A DNA stretch of 64,000 nt from an uncultured virus (IMG/VR IMGVR_UViG_3300044295_000401). Lineage: Duplodnaviria > Heunggongvirae > Uroviricota > Caudoviricetes. Both the position numbers and the translations under genes were made by a program. The notes below the pieces were generated by a model that saw only the letters and a program-made list of their open reading frames with translations, was not told the DNA's origin and ran no database searches. Below are positions 27,681 to 37,073 of the stretch, piece by piece. Location of the stretch: the IMG/VR virus record IMGVR_UViG_3300044295_000401, one strand, 5' to 3'. Within the stretch, counting starts at the first letter, position 1. The number at the start of each line of letters is the position of its first letter.

Positions 27681-28112
27681 ATGGATCAGAGAGAATTTTT
27701 AAATAGAATGGCAGCAGCTGAGCGTGCTCGTCAAAGTGGCGGTCGTATAGAAGATGACCCAGAACTACGTAAATTCTATTTAGACCGTATTAGTCAAGAA
27801 GGTTGGAACCAACCAATTGAACCCCCTAAACCCGATCCTGAGCGTCAAGCTAATCAGCAAATTAAAAAAGCAGTTGAATCTAAAGATTTAACCGGTCTTG
27901 ATAATGATTTAAATGACCGTTTAGGCATTAAACCTAAAGCTCCTGTTCTTCCTCAAAATATGAGCCCTGATATGGCCCGTAAAACAATTAATCCTGCAAC
28001 TGGTCTCCCCTATTCGGTTGGCGCTTTTGATGATTCAGAGCAACAACGTCGAAATGAACAAGCCGAAATGCGTCTAAAGTACCTACAACGGCTATCCAAT
28101 CAAGGTAAATAA
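27681..28112 (+). CDS. hypothetical protein
   Basis: 143-aa ORF. Confidence 0.55.
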   Translation: MDQREFLNRMAAAERARQSGGRIEDDPELRKFYLDRISQEGWNQPIEPPKPDPERQANQQIKKAVESKDLTGLDNDLNDRLGIKPKAPVLPQNMSPDMARKTINPATGLPYSVGAFDDSEQQRRNEQAEMRLKYLQRLSNQGK

Positions 28113-28136
28113 CAGTTTCGTTCCAAAAATAACGAA

Positions 28137-28191
28137 AATTCTACCCAATAATGGGCGAATTAACTAATAACCTACCATTTATGGCGGTTAT
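28137..28191 (+). promoter_or_regulatory. tandem hairpins with identical internal loop directly before the scaffold SD
   Basis: AATTC-TA-CCCA(ATAA)TGGG-C-GAATT and ATAACC-TA-CCA(TTTA)TGG-C-GGTTAT, then AAGGAG. Confidence 0.55.
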
Positions 28192-28202
28192 AAGGAGTCA
28201 TT

Positions 28203-29204
28203 ATGAGTGAACAAGTAAACAGTGCTGCTCCAGTAGCAGCTGATGCCAACATGTCTTCAAGTGAAAACAATGAAATTTCACAAGAAAATCAAGAAGTTGA
28301 TGCTTCTGCTGAAGAAAGTGCAGAAGACGGTGAAGAAAGTAGCGAAGAGTCTTCTGAAGAAGGCGAAAAATCAGCTAAAGCTGGTGAAGGTAAAGAAAAA
28401 TCTAAGAAAAAAGCTGAAAAAGAGCTAGAACGTCGCATTAAGAAGCTAAAACTTAAGGTTGACGGTAAGGAAATTGAAGAAGAGCTTGATTTAGATGACG
28501 ATGAACGTCTAATTCGTGAGCTTCAGATGGCTAAAATGGGCCAAAAGCGTGCCCAAGAGAAAGCTGACCTAGAAAAACAAGTACGTGCCTTCTTTGACGC
28601 TTTCCAAAAGGACCCATTTGCTGCAATGACTGAGCTTGGATTTCAGCCCGAGCAAGTTATTGATGAATATATTAATAAACAGCTTGAGCAAGCTAAAAAA
28701 ACCCCAGAACAAATTGAAAAAGAGCGACTTGAAACTGAACTTCAGCGTCTAAAGTCTGAGCGTGAACGCGAAAAAGAAGAACTTCGTGCTAAAGAGCTAG
28801 AACGCCTTCAGCAACAAGAGTTTGAGCGTTATGATATGCTTATGGAACAGGCTTTAACTAAGAGCCAACTACCTAAAACCCCATATACCGTTAAAAAGAT
28901 TGCGGATTATATGCTTGTAGCTCTTGAAGCCGGTAAAGATGTAAGCCCAGAAGACGTTATTCCTCTTGTGCAGGAAGAAATGAACAGCGATCTAAAGGAA
29001 ATGTTTGCCTCCCTTCCTGAAGACACAATTGAAGCTCTACTTGGCGAACAAGTTCTTAATAAACTACGTAAGCGTCGCGTAGCTAAAGCTCAGGAAGCAC
29101 AAAAGAATCTTCCTAAATCACAAATTCAAGATACAGGTAAGTCCGTAAAAGGTGAAGCAAAAACGAAAGAAAAGCTTTCCTATAAAGATTTATTTGGATT
29201 TTAA
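28203..29204 (+). CDS. capsid scaffolding protein
   Basis: Acidic low-complexity N-terminus, LKVDGKEIE motif, coiled coil; upstream of the capsid gene. Confidence 0.7.
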   Translation: MSEQVNSAAPVAADANMSSSENNEISQENQEVDASAEESAEDGEESSEESSEEGEKSAKAGEGKEKSKKKAEKELERRIKKLKLKVDGKEIEEELDLDDDERLIRELQMAKMGQKRAQEKADLEKQVRAFFDAFQKDPFAAMTELGFQPEQVIDEYINKQLEQAKKTPEQIEKERLETELQRLKSEREREKEELRAKELERLQQQEFERYDMLMEQALTKSQLPKTPYTVKKIADYMLVALEAGKDVSPEDVIPLVQEEMNSDLKEMFASLPEDTIEALLGEQVLNKLRKRRVAKAQEAQKNLPKSQIQDTGKSVKGEAKTKEKLSYKDLFGF

Positions 29205-29211
29205 CAACTAT
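29201..29211 (+). promoter_or_regulatory. TTAACAACTAT motif, copy 6
   Basis: Overlaps the scaffold stop; upstream of the capsid operon. Confidence 0.65.
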
Positions 29212-29337
29212 TATTGCACAGCTCTGTCTATGATTTGACTTCTGCGTTACCGGTCCGGGCGAAGAATATCATACTTAGAGTTAAAGCTGGCGATATGAAG
29301 AAACAAACAAAAACAATAACTTAAGAAAGGGGCTAAA

Positions 29338-29790
29338 ATGCCTAATTTCTATGCTAAAAGTGAAGCGGTACAAAATGCACAATTAAAAGTGCAAGAACTT
29401 TGTCTCCGTCTTGCTATTACTGGTAATGCCACGCCAGCGAGTGTGGTTGTCTCTGTAGATGATCCTGCTGTTCTTTTTCTAAAGACACAAGGGGTTGATA
29501 AAATCAGTGCTGCACTTGATGCTGCTGATGGTTCACCTTCTTTTGTTGCACAAAATGACGGTAATGGTCTTTTTTCTGCAATGATCAAAGTAGGAGAGCC
29601 TATCGGCAAGGTTCTCTGTGCTCAACTTGTACGCCGTACTGCTCATGGTGTTGACACTGTAAAGCTAGCTGATAGTGATGGTATTACCGCTGCTGGTGAT
29701 AAAATCGTTCTCGACTGCGATACTGGTGTTGATCTATCTGCTGCTAACCTCGATGCTTGCCTTATGGTTAAGTACGTGGTAGCTGAATAA
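29338..29790 (+). CDS. putative capsid-associated (decoration) protein
   Basis: Between scaffold and major capsid genes. Confidence 0.45.
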   Translation: MPNFYAKSEAVQNAQLKVQELCLRLAITGNATPASVVVSVDDPAVLFLKTQGVDKISAALDAADGSPSFVAQNDGNGLFSAMIKVGEPIGKVLCAQLVRRTAHGVDTVKLADSDGITAAGDKIVLDCDTGVDLSAANLDACLMVKYVVAE

Positions 29791-29817
29791 TTAATTCTTT
29801 AGAAAGGAAAATATAAA

Positions 29818-32800
29818 ATGGCCGCTAATAATACATATGCTGGTTCTTTAAATGCGATGTTTAAATAAGTCTTGAACATCTGAGGTAAAGCCCTCCCTCT
29901 ACGCATAGAGAGGAAAAGAACGTGAATTGCTGGAAGCCCTTATAGGGTAATCAGCAGCCAAGCTAGATAAAATGATTATCTAGAAGGTTCAGAGACTAGA
30001 TTATACTTAGATTATCCTTATCGCTTAGCGAGTTGGAGATAAAAAAAATGATAAACAAGGACAAACGTAGCCTTATTTTATCTATGATTTTAGGTGATGG
30101 TTGCCTTCATTATGTTAAACGTAATGATAAATTATATGGTGCTATTACATTAGATCATGGAAATGAACAATCTGATTATATTGCATGGAAATGTAATATA
30201 GTTAAAAAGATTTTTGATAAAGAAATAAAATTACGTCCAGGTCATAATGGTAAATCAATACAATTTTCTGTTTGCTCTAAAAAATTAAGAGCTTGGAGAA
30301 AGTTTTGTTACCCAAATAACAAAAAATCAATTAAAAAGATTTTACCTTTTATACAACACCCCGAATTTGCATTAGCAGTTTGGTTAATGGACGATGGTTA
30401 TGTTCAGTCTAGTTTTAATAAATTAGCTTCTGGTGAAAAGAAAAATTATGGAGCTAGGTTTAGAATATATAGCTGTGATCAATCTTTAGATGATCACGAG
30501 TATATTAAAACTTGGTTTAAAAGTAATTTTAATTTAAAAGACGGAATAAAAATAAGCAAATTTTTTGATAAAAAACAACAAAAACACTACCCATTTATTA
30601 AGTTCACTCAAACTGATTCTTTAATAATATGGGAAAAAATTAGAGAAGTTGTTTTAAGTTTAAAAAGTATGCAACATAAATTCCGTTACATCGAAGAAAT
30701 TTATCAATCTAAGAAATCACAGCGCGTTCCTGAATAAATAATTCAGATGATATAGTCCGATACCCGGAGTAATCTGGGAAAACACTATGAAAGAAAACTA
30801 TGCCGACAAAATTGAGGATCTAATTCCAGATGGAGTGAAGCTTCTTAATCTTGTTAAGTTTATGCCAAAGGATAAACAACCTGGTAATCTTTACCATTAA
30901 TGTTGGTGGTAAGTAGGTAAAATCCTACTAATTGATAAAAAAAAATCAATTATAAATCAACTCTAATTGACTTGAACCTCCGAAAATCCCGGACAACAAG
31001 GCGGAAGCGAAAGCACCGTGAGAGACTAAACGAGTTGACAATAAGTTAAACTTATTGATGCGATAGTCCGAACTACTGAAATAGGAAAAGGTAAAACAGT
31101 AGAGCTAAACAGAAATGATTTAGCCAGAATAAAAATTCTGTAACAATTGCAACCTGTTATCCTTGGTTTAGAACATGGAGTTACCTTCGCCTCATCAGAC
31201 GAAGATGCGTTGACTTATAAGTTAAGCGCCTAATTGTAGGAATATAATTAGCAAATCGAGGAAAAAACCTGGAAAGCTAATTGAAAGTATGTTATAATAG
31301 AAGTTATGAAAAAGTACGGTACAATCTATATAATAAAAAATAAATTAAATGGTAAAGTCTATATTGGACAAACCACTCAATCTGTTTTTGTTAGATGGAA
31401 TGCCCATAAACGTTTAAATAACACTATTATTTCAAAAGCCTTAAAAAATAATATTAATAATTTTGAGTTTATTGAGTTTTTAACTTGCTTTTCTAAAGAA
31501 GAACTTAATTTTTGGGAAAAAGAATTTATTAAACAGTTTAATTCTATTGCTCCATTTGGTTATAATCAAACTACTGGTGGTAATGAATTTTCATTTAATA
31601 ACGAAATTAAAACAAAAATGAGTTTAATTAAAAAAGGTAAAGAAAGTAAAAATCATATTGTCGGTGTTATAGCTAAAAACATTGAAACTAACAATATTGA
31701 ATATTTTGATTCATTAAAATCCGCAACTAAAAAGTTAAATATTTCAAGAAGTAGTATTTTAAAAAGTTGTAAATATAATATTATTAGAAAAGGTTACTTA
31801 TTTTCATATGCCAATCAGAGCGGAAGTGATAAAAATAAAAGCTTGTCACACGCGCAGAGACTAGAGAGTGAACCTGTTAATACAGAATATAATCTCTCCA
31901 CGAGTCCTCGGTTCCCTAAAAAATATATGGATAACAAAGATTTAATACTTAATTTAAGTAGATCTTTAACACCATATAGTATATCTAAAAAATTAAATTT
32001 AGATAAATCTATGGTATGTTATTTTATCCATTGTTTTGGGAAGTAAGATAGTCCGATCCATTAGAAATAATGGGTTTACAGGATAAAGAGCCTGTAACAG
32101 CCTAATGCTGAAATTGTTAACTTAAACGCTCCAGTAGCTGGTGTAATCAAAGATGCTCAAGTAAAAGGTTATCCCCTTGTACTTCGTTCTGTCCTTGGTT
32201 ATACTGCTGCTAGCCGCGCTGCACAGGGCGGAAAGCAAGCTTTCATGGATGCTACCAAGTATCTAGTAAGCAACATGCTTCGTTCTGTAACCAAGAAGCT
32301 CGAAATCGAGATGTTCTATGGTCAAATGGGTTATGGTGCCGTAGCTTCTAACTCAAGCACTGTGGTAACCATTCAGACTGCTGAATGGGCTCCCGGTATT
32401 TGGGCTGGTGCCGAAGGCATGCCTGTTGAAATTCGTGATAGTTCAGGTGCTGTGTCTAAAGGTGAGTACAAAATTACCGCCGTTAACATGGACAGCCGTA
32501 CTATTACCCTAGACGCCGATCCAGGCACACTCTCCTCTGGCGATGTGATCTGGCACAAAGGCGCTTATGGTAACGAATTCCCTGGCGTTCACAAGATCCT
32601 TACCAACTCTTCAACCCTATTCAACATTAACGCTGCTCAGTTTAACCTCTTCAAGGGTAACCAATATCCTGCCGGTTCTGCTGCGCTAAGCTTCAACAAG
32701 CTAAACCTTGCTGCTGCTCGTGGTGTTGAAAAAGGTCAAGATGGTAAGCTCATCGCCTTTGTTAACCCCCGTGCATGGTCAAACATGATGAACGATCAAG

Positions 32801-33129
32801 CTGCTCTCCGCCGCTATGATGGTTCATACAGCAAAGAAAAGGCTGAAGTAGGCGCTAAGTCTATCCTCTTCCATAGCCAGAACGGTGAAATCGAAATTCA
32901 CCCTTCTATCTATATCAAAGAGGGTTATTCTTTCCTACTCAACCTTGAAGACTGGATGCGCGTTGGTTCACAAGACGTTTCCTTCAAGCGTCCTGGCCAA
33001 GGCGAAGAGTTCTTCCGTGATCTTGAGAACTCTGCTGGTTATGAGCTTCGTCTTTTTACTGACCAAGCTCTATTCTGCCTTGCTCCTGGTAAGTCTACAC
33101 TTATCACTGGCATCGTAAATGCTGCTTAA
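29818..33129 (+). CDS. major capsid protein, four exons (29818-29862, 30790-30897, 31150-31210, 32117-33129; 408 aa spliced)
   Basis: Exons join in frame: MAANNTYAGSLNAMF|KENYADKIEDLIP...GNLYH|QPVILGLEHGVTFASSDEDA(F)NLNAPVAG...AFMDATK...; AGAAAGGA SD; follows scaffold; strong terminator after. Confidence 0.85.
29863..30789 (+). mobile_element. group I intron 1 of the capsid gene (LAGLIDADG ORF)
   Basis: P1 GAUGUUU / GAACAUC with U.G; GAAUUGCUGGAA, AAUCAGCAG, UCAGAGACUA and GAUAUAGUCC core elements; terminal G. Confidence 0.9.
30048..30737 (+). CDS. intron-encoded LAGLIDADG homing endonuclease (two motifs)
   Basis: LSMILGDG and LAVWLMDDG motifs; GGAG SD before ATG at 30048. Confidence 0.85.
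   Translation: MINKDKRSLILSMILGDGCLHYVKRNDKLYGAITLDHGNEQSDYIAWKCNIVKKIFDKEIKLRPGHNGKSIQFSVCSKKLRAWRKFCYPNNKKSIKKILPFIQHPEFALAVWLMDDGYVQSSFNKLASGEKKNYGARFRIYSCDQSLDDHEYIKTWFKSNFNLKDGIKISKFFDKKQQKHYPFIKFTQTDSLIIWEKIREVVLSLKSMQHKFRYIEEIYQSKKSQRVPE
30898..31149 (+). mobile_element. group I intron 2 of the capsid gene (252 nt, no ORF)
   Basis: P1 UUACCAU / GUGGUAA; GUUG can pair with 3' exon CAAC (P10); GAGACUA / GAUAGUC; 31-nt identity with the portal intron. Confidence 0.88.
31211..32116 (+). mobile_element. group I intron 3 of the capsid gene (GIY-YIG ORF)
   Basis: P1 GCGU / GCGC with U.G; P10 UAAGUUAA pairs with 3' exon UUAACUUA; GCAGAGACUA / AAGAUAGUCC; terminal G. Confidence 0.88.
31306..32046 (+). 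CDS. intron-encoded GIY-YIG homing endonuclease
   Basis: TIYIIKN..NGKVYIGQT..RW..H, E..FI, GYNQT; NUMOD1-like FDSLKSATKKL; TGTTATAAT upstream. Confidence 0.85.
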   Translation: MKKYGTIYIIKNKLNGKVYIGQTTQSVFVRWNAHKRLNNTIISKALKNNINNFEFIEFLTCFSKEELNFWEKEFIKQFNSIAPFGYNQTTGGNEFSFNNEIKTKMSLIKKGKESKNHIVGVIAKNIETNNIEYFDSLKSATKKLNISRSSILKSCKYNIIRKGYLFSYANQSGSDKNKSLSHAQRLESEPVNTEYNLSTSPRFPKKYMDNKDLILNLSRSLTPYSISKKLNLDKSMVCYFIHCFGK

Positions 33130-33161
33130 TTATTATTTTTAATAATTAAATAGTTAATAAG

Positions 33162-33196
33162 AGGGGGGACTAGATTAATTTCTAGTCCCCTTTTTT
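33162..33196 (+). terminator. Rho-independent terminator after the capsid gene
   Basis: GGGGACTAGA / TCTAGTCCCC stem followed by a T-tract. Confidence 0.85.
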
Positions 33197-33233
33197 ACTT
33201 TTTTGCTCTTTTTTGTGTATTTTTATTTGATTT

Positions 33234-33244
33234 TTAACAACTAT
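33234..33244 (+). promoter_or_regulatory. TTAACAACTAT motif, copy 7
   Basis: Directly after the terminator, 4 nt before GTG at 33249. Confidence 0.65.
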
Positions 33245-33248
33245 AATA

Positions 33249-33881
33249 GTGAAGAATTGTAGTAAATGTAAAATTTTACAACATACTGATAATTTTTATC
33301 ACGATTCATCTAAAAAAGATGGTCTAAGCTCGTATTGTAAACCTTGTAGAATTAAAAATTCTAATAAAAATAGTAGTTTAAATAAAGACTATATTAAACA
33401 ATATAAAGCTAAATATTATCAACAAAATAAAAAATTAATAATTCCTAAAGTTAAAAAAACTAAAGAAGAAAAACGGCTTAAAAAGAAAGAAATTGCTAGA
33501 CGTTTTTATTTAAAGCATAAAGAAAAGATTAGTAAAAAGAATAAATTATATCGTATCCAACATCCTGGACCAAGAACACAATTAAAACAATGGAAAATAA
33601 ACAATCCAATTGAGGGACAAGAATACGAGGAAAAAATTAAAAATATCCGTTTAAAAAAGAAACTTGCTAAAAATGCAAAACGTAGAGCGGATAAATTAAA
33701 AAGAACTCCCAAATGGGCGAATTTAAAGGCAATTAAAGAATTTTATATGAATTGTCCAAACGGTTATCATGTTGATCATATCATCCCACTTAAAGGGAAA
33801 AATGTTAGTGGATTACATATTTTAGAAAATCTTCAATATCTGCCTGCTATTGAAAATTTAAAGAAAGGTAATCGGGTATAA
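33249..33881 (+). CDS. free-standing HNH endonuclease
   Basis: CSKC..F..D....DGL...CKPC; TPKWA; HVDHIIPL...GLH...NLQ...N..K. Confidence 0.85.
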   Translation: MKNCSKCKILQHTDNFYHDSSKKDGLSSYCKPCRIKNSNKNSSLNKDYIKQYKAKYYQQNKKLIIPKVKKTKEEKRLKKKEIARRFYLKHKEKISKKNKLYRIQHPGPRTQLKQWKINNPIEGQEYEEKIKNIRLKKKLAKNAKRRADKLKRTPKWANLKAIKEFYMNCPNGYHVDHIIPLKGKNVSGLHILENLQYLPAIENLKKGNRV

Positions 33882-33884
33882 CCT

Positions 33885-34370
33885 TTGCCTACAATCCAAA
33901 TCGGCTCCACCACCATTGACTTTCCAGATTCAGCTGCTTCACCTAATTGGTCAGAGGCAGTTATTCAATTTGCTCAAACTGTTGCAGAACAGCTTAATAT
34001 TACTACAGGAACTTACGATGTTCCCTCTCAATATTTTTCAATAGATGCTTATAACGGCGTATCAAACGTTGATATTCCAGCATTAAGTTTTCCGCCTAGT
34101 GCAGTAAGAGCTGTTTTTATTCGTTACAGCGTTTATAGACAAACTAGTTTAGCAAATGTTGATGAAGCTGGTGATATTATTGTAGTTTATAACCCAAATA
34201 ATAGCGTAGGTTATAAATGGACAATGACAACTGGTAATAAAACTGGTAAAGGTGGAGAAATTACATTTAATATTAATGATTTAGGTCAAATGCAGTTTTC
34301 AACAACAGCTTTATCCGGTTCAGGGCACACGGGTAAAATCGCATTTAATGCTAGAGCTTTAGAGCAATAA
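33885..34370 (+). CDS. putative tail/baseplate adaptor domain protein
   Basis: TTG start; resembles the C-terminal domains of 39613..40170 and 40174..42411. Confidence 0.5.
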   Translation: MPTIQIGSTTIDFPDSAASPNWSEAVIQFAQTVAEQLNITTGTYDVPSQYFSIDAYNGVSNVDIPALSFPPSAVRAVFIRYSVYRQTSLANVDEAGDIIVVYNPNNSVGYKWTMTTGNKTGKGGEITFNINDLGQMQFSTTALSGSGHTGKIAFNARALEQ

Positions 34371-34387
34371 GTTTAAGGAGAATCTAA

Positions 34388-37063
34388 ATGGCTGTAAATA
34401 TTAGGAAATTTCTTGAGGGTCTTGGTTTAGTTCCTAAATCTTCAACCTCAATAAATGCACAAGGTGAAATGGAAGTACTTTCCTCTGATGGAAAGCTTCG
34501 TTATCACAACGGTTCTTCAATTTCTCCTGTAGTTACTGAAGCTCATTCGGCTACTCTTACAAATAAGAGCATTGACGCTGATACTAATACAATTACTAAT
34601 ATTGATAATAACGAAATTAAAACCGCTGCAGCTATTGACTTATCCAAGTTAGCTGCAGTTTCTGCTTCTAAGGCTTTACAATCTGATGCTTCTGGCTTTG
34701 TTAGTGCATCTGCTGTTACTTCTACTGAATTAGGTTACGTTTCAGGTGTAACTTCAGCCATTCAAACACAAATAAACAATAAACAAGCTTCTGATGCAAC
34801 TCTTACTGCTCTTGCTGCTTTAGACGCTACTGCTGGTCTTGTCGTAGAAACTGCCGCTGATACTTTTACTAAACGTACTCTTACTGCCGGTTCATCTAAA
34901 GTAGCAGTTACTAATGGCGATGGTGCCGCTGGTAACCCAACAGTTGATGTTACTGAAGCTAACCTTACTCTTAATAACATCGGTGGAACTCTTGGTGTAT
35001 CTAAAGGTGGTACAGGTGCTACTACTCTCACTAGCAACGGCGTTCTTCTTGGTAATGGCACTTCCGCAGTAAGCGCTACTTCTGCTGGCACTACCGGTAC
35101 AGTTCTTAAGGGTGTAACTGGTTCAGCTCCTTCCTTCGGAGCTGTTTCTTTAACTGCTGATGTAAGCGGAACTCTCCCTGTTACTAATGGCGGTACTGGT
35201 CAAACTAGCTATACTGATGGTCAACTATTAATTGGTAATACTTCAACTGGTGGTCTTTCTAAAGCTACTCTTACTGCCGGTTCTAACGTAACTATTACCA
35301 ATGGTAACGGTTCAATTACTATTGCTGCTAGTGGTGGCGGTGGTTCAGGAACTGCTCTTTCTAAATCAATTACTCAATCTTCGCATGGTTTTTCAGTAGG
35401 TAACGTACTTTACTATACTGGTTCTCAGTATGCTAAAGCTCAAGCTAACAGTGATTCTACCGCTGAAGTTGTAGGTGTTGTTTCTGCTGTTGCTGATTCT
35501 AATAACTTTACTTTAACTATGAATGGTTATGTAAGTGGTCTTTCTGGTCTTACTGCTGGTACTACTTACTATCTTGATGCTTCAACAGCTGGTGCTCTTA
35601 CTTCTACTGAACCACTAACTACTGGTTATATTTCTAAGCCTGTTCTAATTGCTGATTCAACTACTTCCGGTTATGTAATTGAATCTCGTGGCATTCAAAA
35701 TGCTGCCGGTGTTTCATTACCTGTGAGCGATTGGACTGCATATACTCCTACTTTTACTGGATTTGGTACCGTTTCAACAAGCGCGTTTTATTGGCGCAGA
35801 AATGGCGATTCTATTGAAATTGAAGGTACTTTTACTTCAGGTTCTTCTACTGCCACAGAAGCAAGAGTTACTTTACCAAACGGATTAGTATCTGATTCAA
35901 CTAAAATACCCGCAATTAGAATGTGCGGTATTTACCTACGTGATGAAACTACAACATCTCACGGTGGTACTATTCTAATTGAACCAAACGTATCGTATTT
36001 TACTTTTGGTTCAGCAGATGGATTTAGTGGTAACTCTACTAATTCTATTTCTAAGGCTAATGGTCTTGGAATTGGTTCAGTATTTAAAATTACTGGTGTT
36101 AAGATCCCAATCTCCGGTTGGTCTTCTGGTGCAGGAACTTCTCCAACATTAGCTCTTAGTGACTGGCGTTCATATCCTGTAACAATTACAGCCAGCACAA
36201 CAAATCCTTCGCTTGGAACTACTACTCTAAATCAAGCGTTTTGGAGACGTGTAGGTGATAGTATGGAGATTGTATATGATCTTCAACAAACTAGCGCCGG
36301 TAGTGCAGGTTCGGGTACTTATTTAATTAACTTACCTAGTGGTTATACCATTGATTCTAGTAAAATAAATATTAATTCTTCTCATCATGGTTCTTATGTT
36401 GGTAATTTTAGTATTACTAACAATGCCGATGAATTATCCGCTTCTGCTATTATTGGTCGTGTAATGCCTTATAACACTACTAATTTAAGCGCAGTTATGA
36501 TTACATCTGGCTCTACAATGCAGCCTTGGAATAATAATAACTATCATTTAGGTAATACTGTTATACAAGCGCGTTTACATGCTTATGTTCCAATCTCAGG
36601 TTGGACTTCTACAAGCGCTGGTACATTAACAGCTCCTCGTAGTGAAGTTATTGTTGATACTGGAAATGGACTAGGTTCAACTAATACCCGTGTTGTTAGA
36701 TTTACTAATACTCAAAAAAATATTGGGCCTGCTATTACTTATGCTGATAGCGCTGCTAATGGAGGGTCATTTACAATTAATGAAACAGGTGTTTATGCTA
36801 TTGCTTTCCACTCAGGTAGTGCAGGGGCTTCTACTGCTTTGGGTATTACAGTAAATGGAAGTGCCTTAACTACCGATCCCGGTAGTTTAACTTATGCTCA
36901 AGGATTACGCGCATTATCTTGGGCTGCTGTAACTTCTCAATCGGGTCAATGTCATTACACCGGTAATTTAAACTCTGGAGATGTTGTAAGATTTCATACA
37001 GAAAATATTACACCATTTACTAGCGCCAAAACTATGGCTTCAATTACTAAAGTAAGTAACTAA
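34388..37063 (+). CDS. tail fibre protein
   Basis: G/S/T/A-rich shaft with GGTG repeats; two WRRxGDS modules; C-terminal domain shared with the next gene. Confidence 0.75.
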   Translation: MAVNIRKFLEGLGLVPKSSTSINAQGEMEVLSSDGKLRYHNGSSISPVVTEAHSATLTNKSIDADTNTITNIDNNEIKTAAAIDLSKLAAVSASKALQSDASGFVSASAVTSTELGYVSGVTSAIQTQINNKQASDATLTALAALDATAGLVVETAADTFTKRTLTAGSSKVAVTNGDGAAGNPTVDVTEANLTLNNIGGTLGVSKGGTGATTLTSNGVLLGNGTSAVSATSAGTTGTVLKGVTGSAPSFGAVSLTADVSGTLPVTNGGTGQTSYTDGQLLIGNTSTGGLSKATLTAGSNVTITNGNGSITIAASGGGGSGTALSKSITQSSHGFSVGNVLYYTGSQYAKAQANSDSTAEVVGVVSAVADSNNFTLTMNGYVSGLSGLTAGTTYYLDASTAGALTSTEPLTTGYISKPVLIADSTTSGYVIESRGIQNAAGVSLPVSDWTAYTPTFTGFGTVSTSAFYWRRNGDSIEIEGTFTSGSSTATEARVTLPNGLVSDSTKIPAIRMCGIYLRDETTTSHGGTILIEPNVSYFTFGSADGFSGNSTNSISKANGLGIGSVFKITGVKIPISGWSSGAGTSPTLALSDWRSYPVTITASTTNPSLGTTTLNQAFWRRVGDSMEIVYDLQQTSAGSAGSGTYLINLPSGYTIDSSKININSSHHGSYVGNFSITNNADELSASAIIGRVMPYNTTNLSAVMITSGSTMQPWNNNNYHLGNTVIQARLHAYVPISGWTSTSAGTLTAPRSEVIVDTGNGLGSTNTRVVRFTNTQKNIGPAITYADSAANGGSFTINETGVYAIAFHSGSAGASTALGITVNGSALTTDPGSLTYAQGLRALSWAAVTSQSGQCHYTGNLNSGDVVRFHTENITPFTSAKTMASITKVSN

Positions 37064-37073
37064 AGAGGTTTAA

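Noticed and set aside
17821..31231. Stop-codon reassignment as the cause of in-frame stops in portal and capsid genes
   Set aside because: The stops are explained by group I introns with consistent splice sites; all other long genes read cleanly in the standard code, and TAA, TGA and TAG all occur as ORF ends
32245..33129. 294-aa track ORF as the complete capsid protein
   Set aside because: No SD at its ATG; the frame is open back to 32119 and joins upstream exons to give a 408-aa protein
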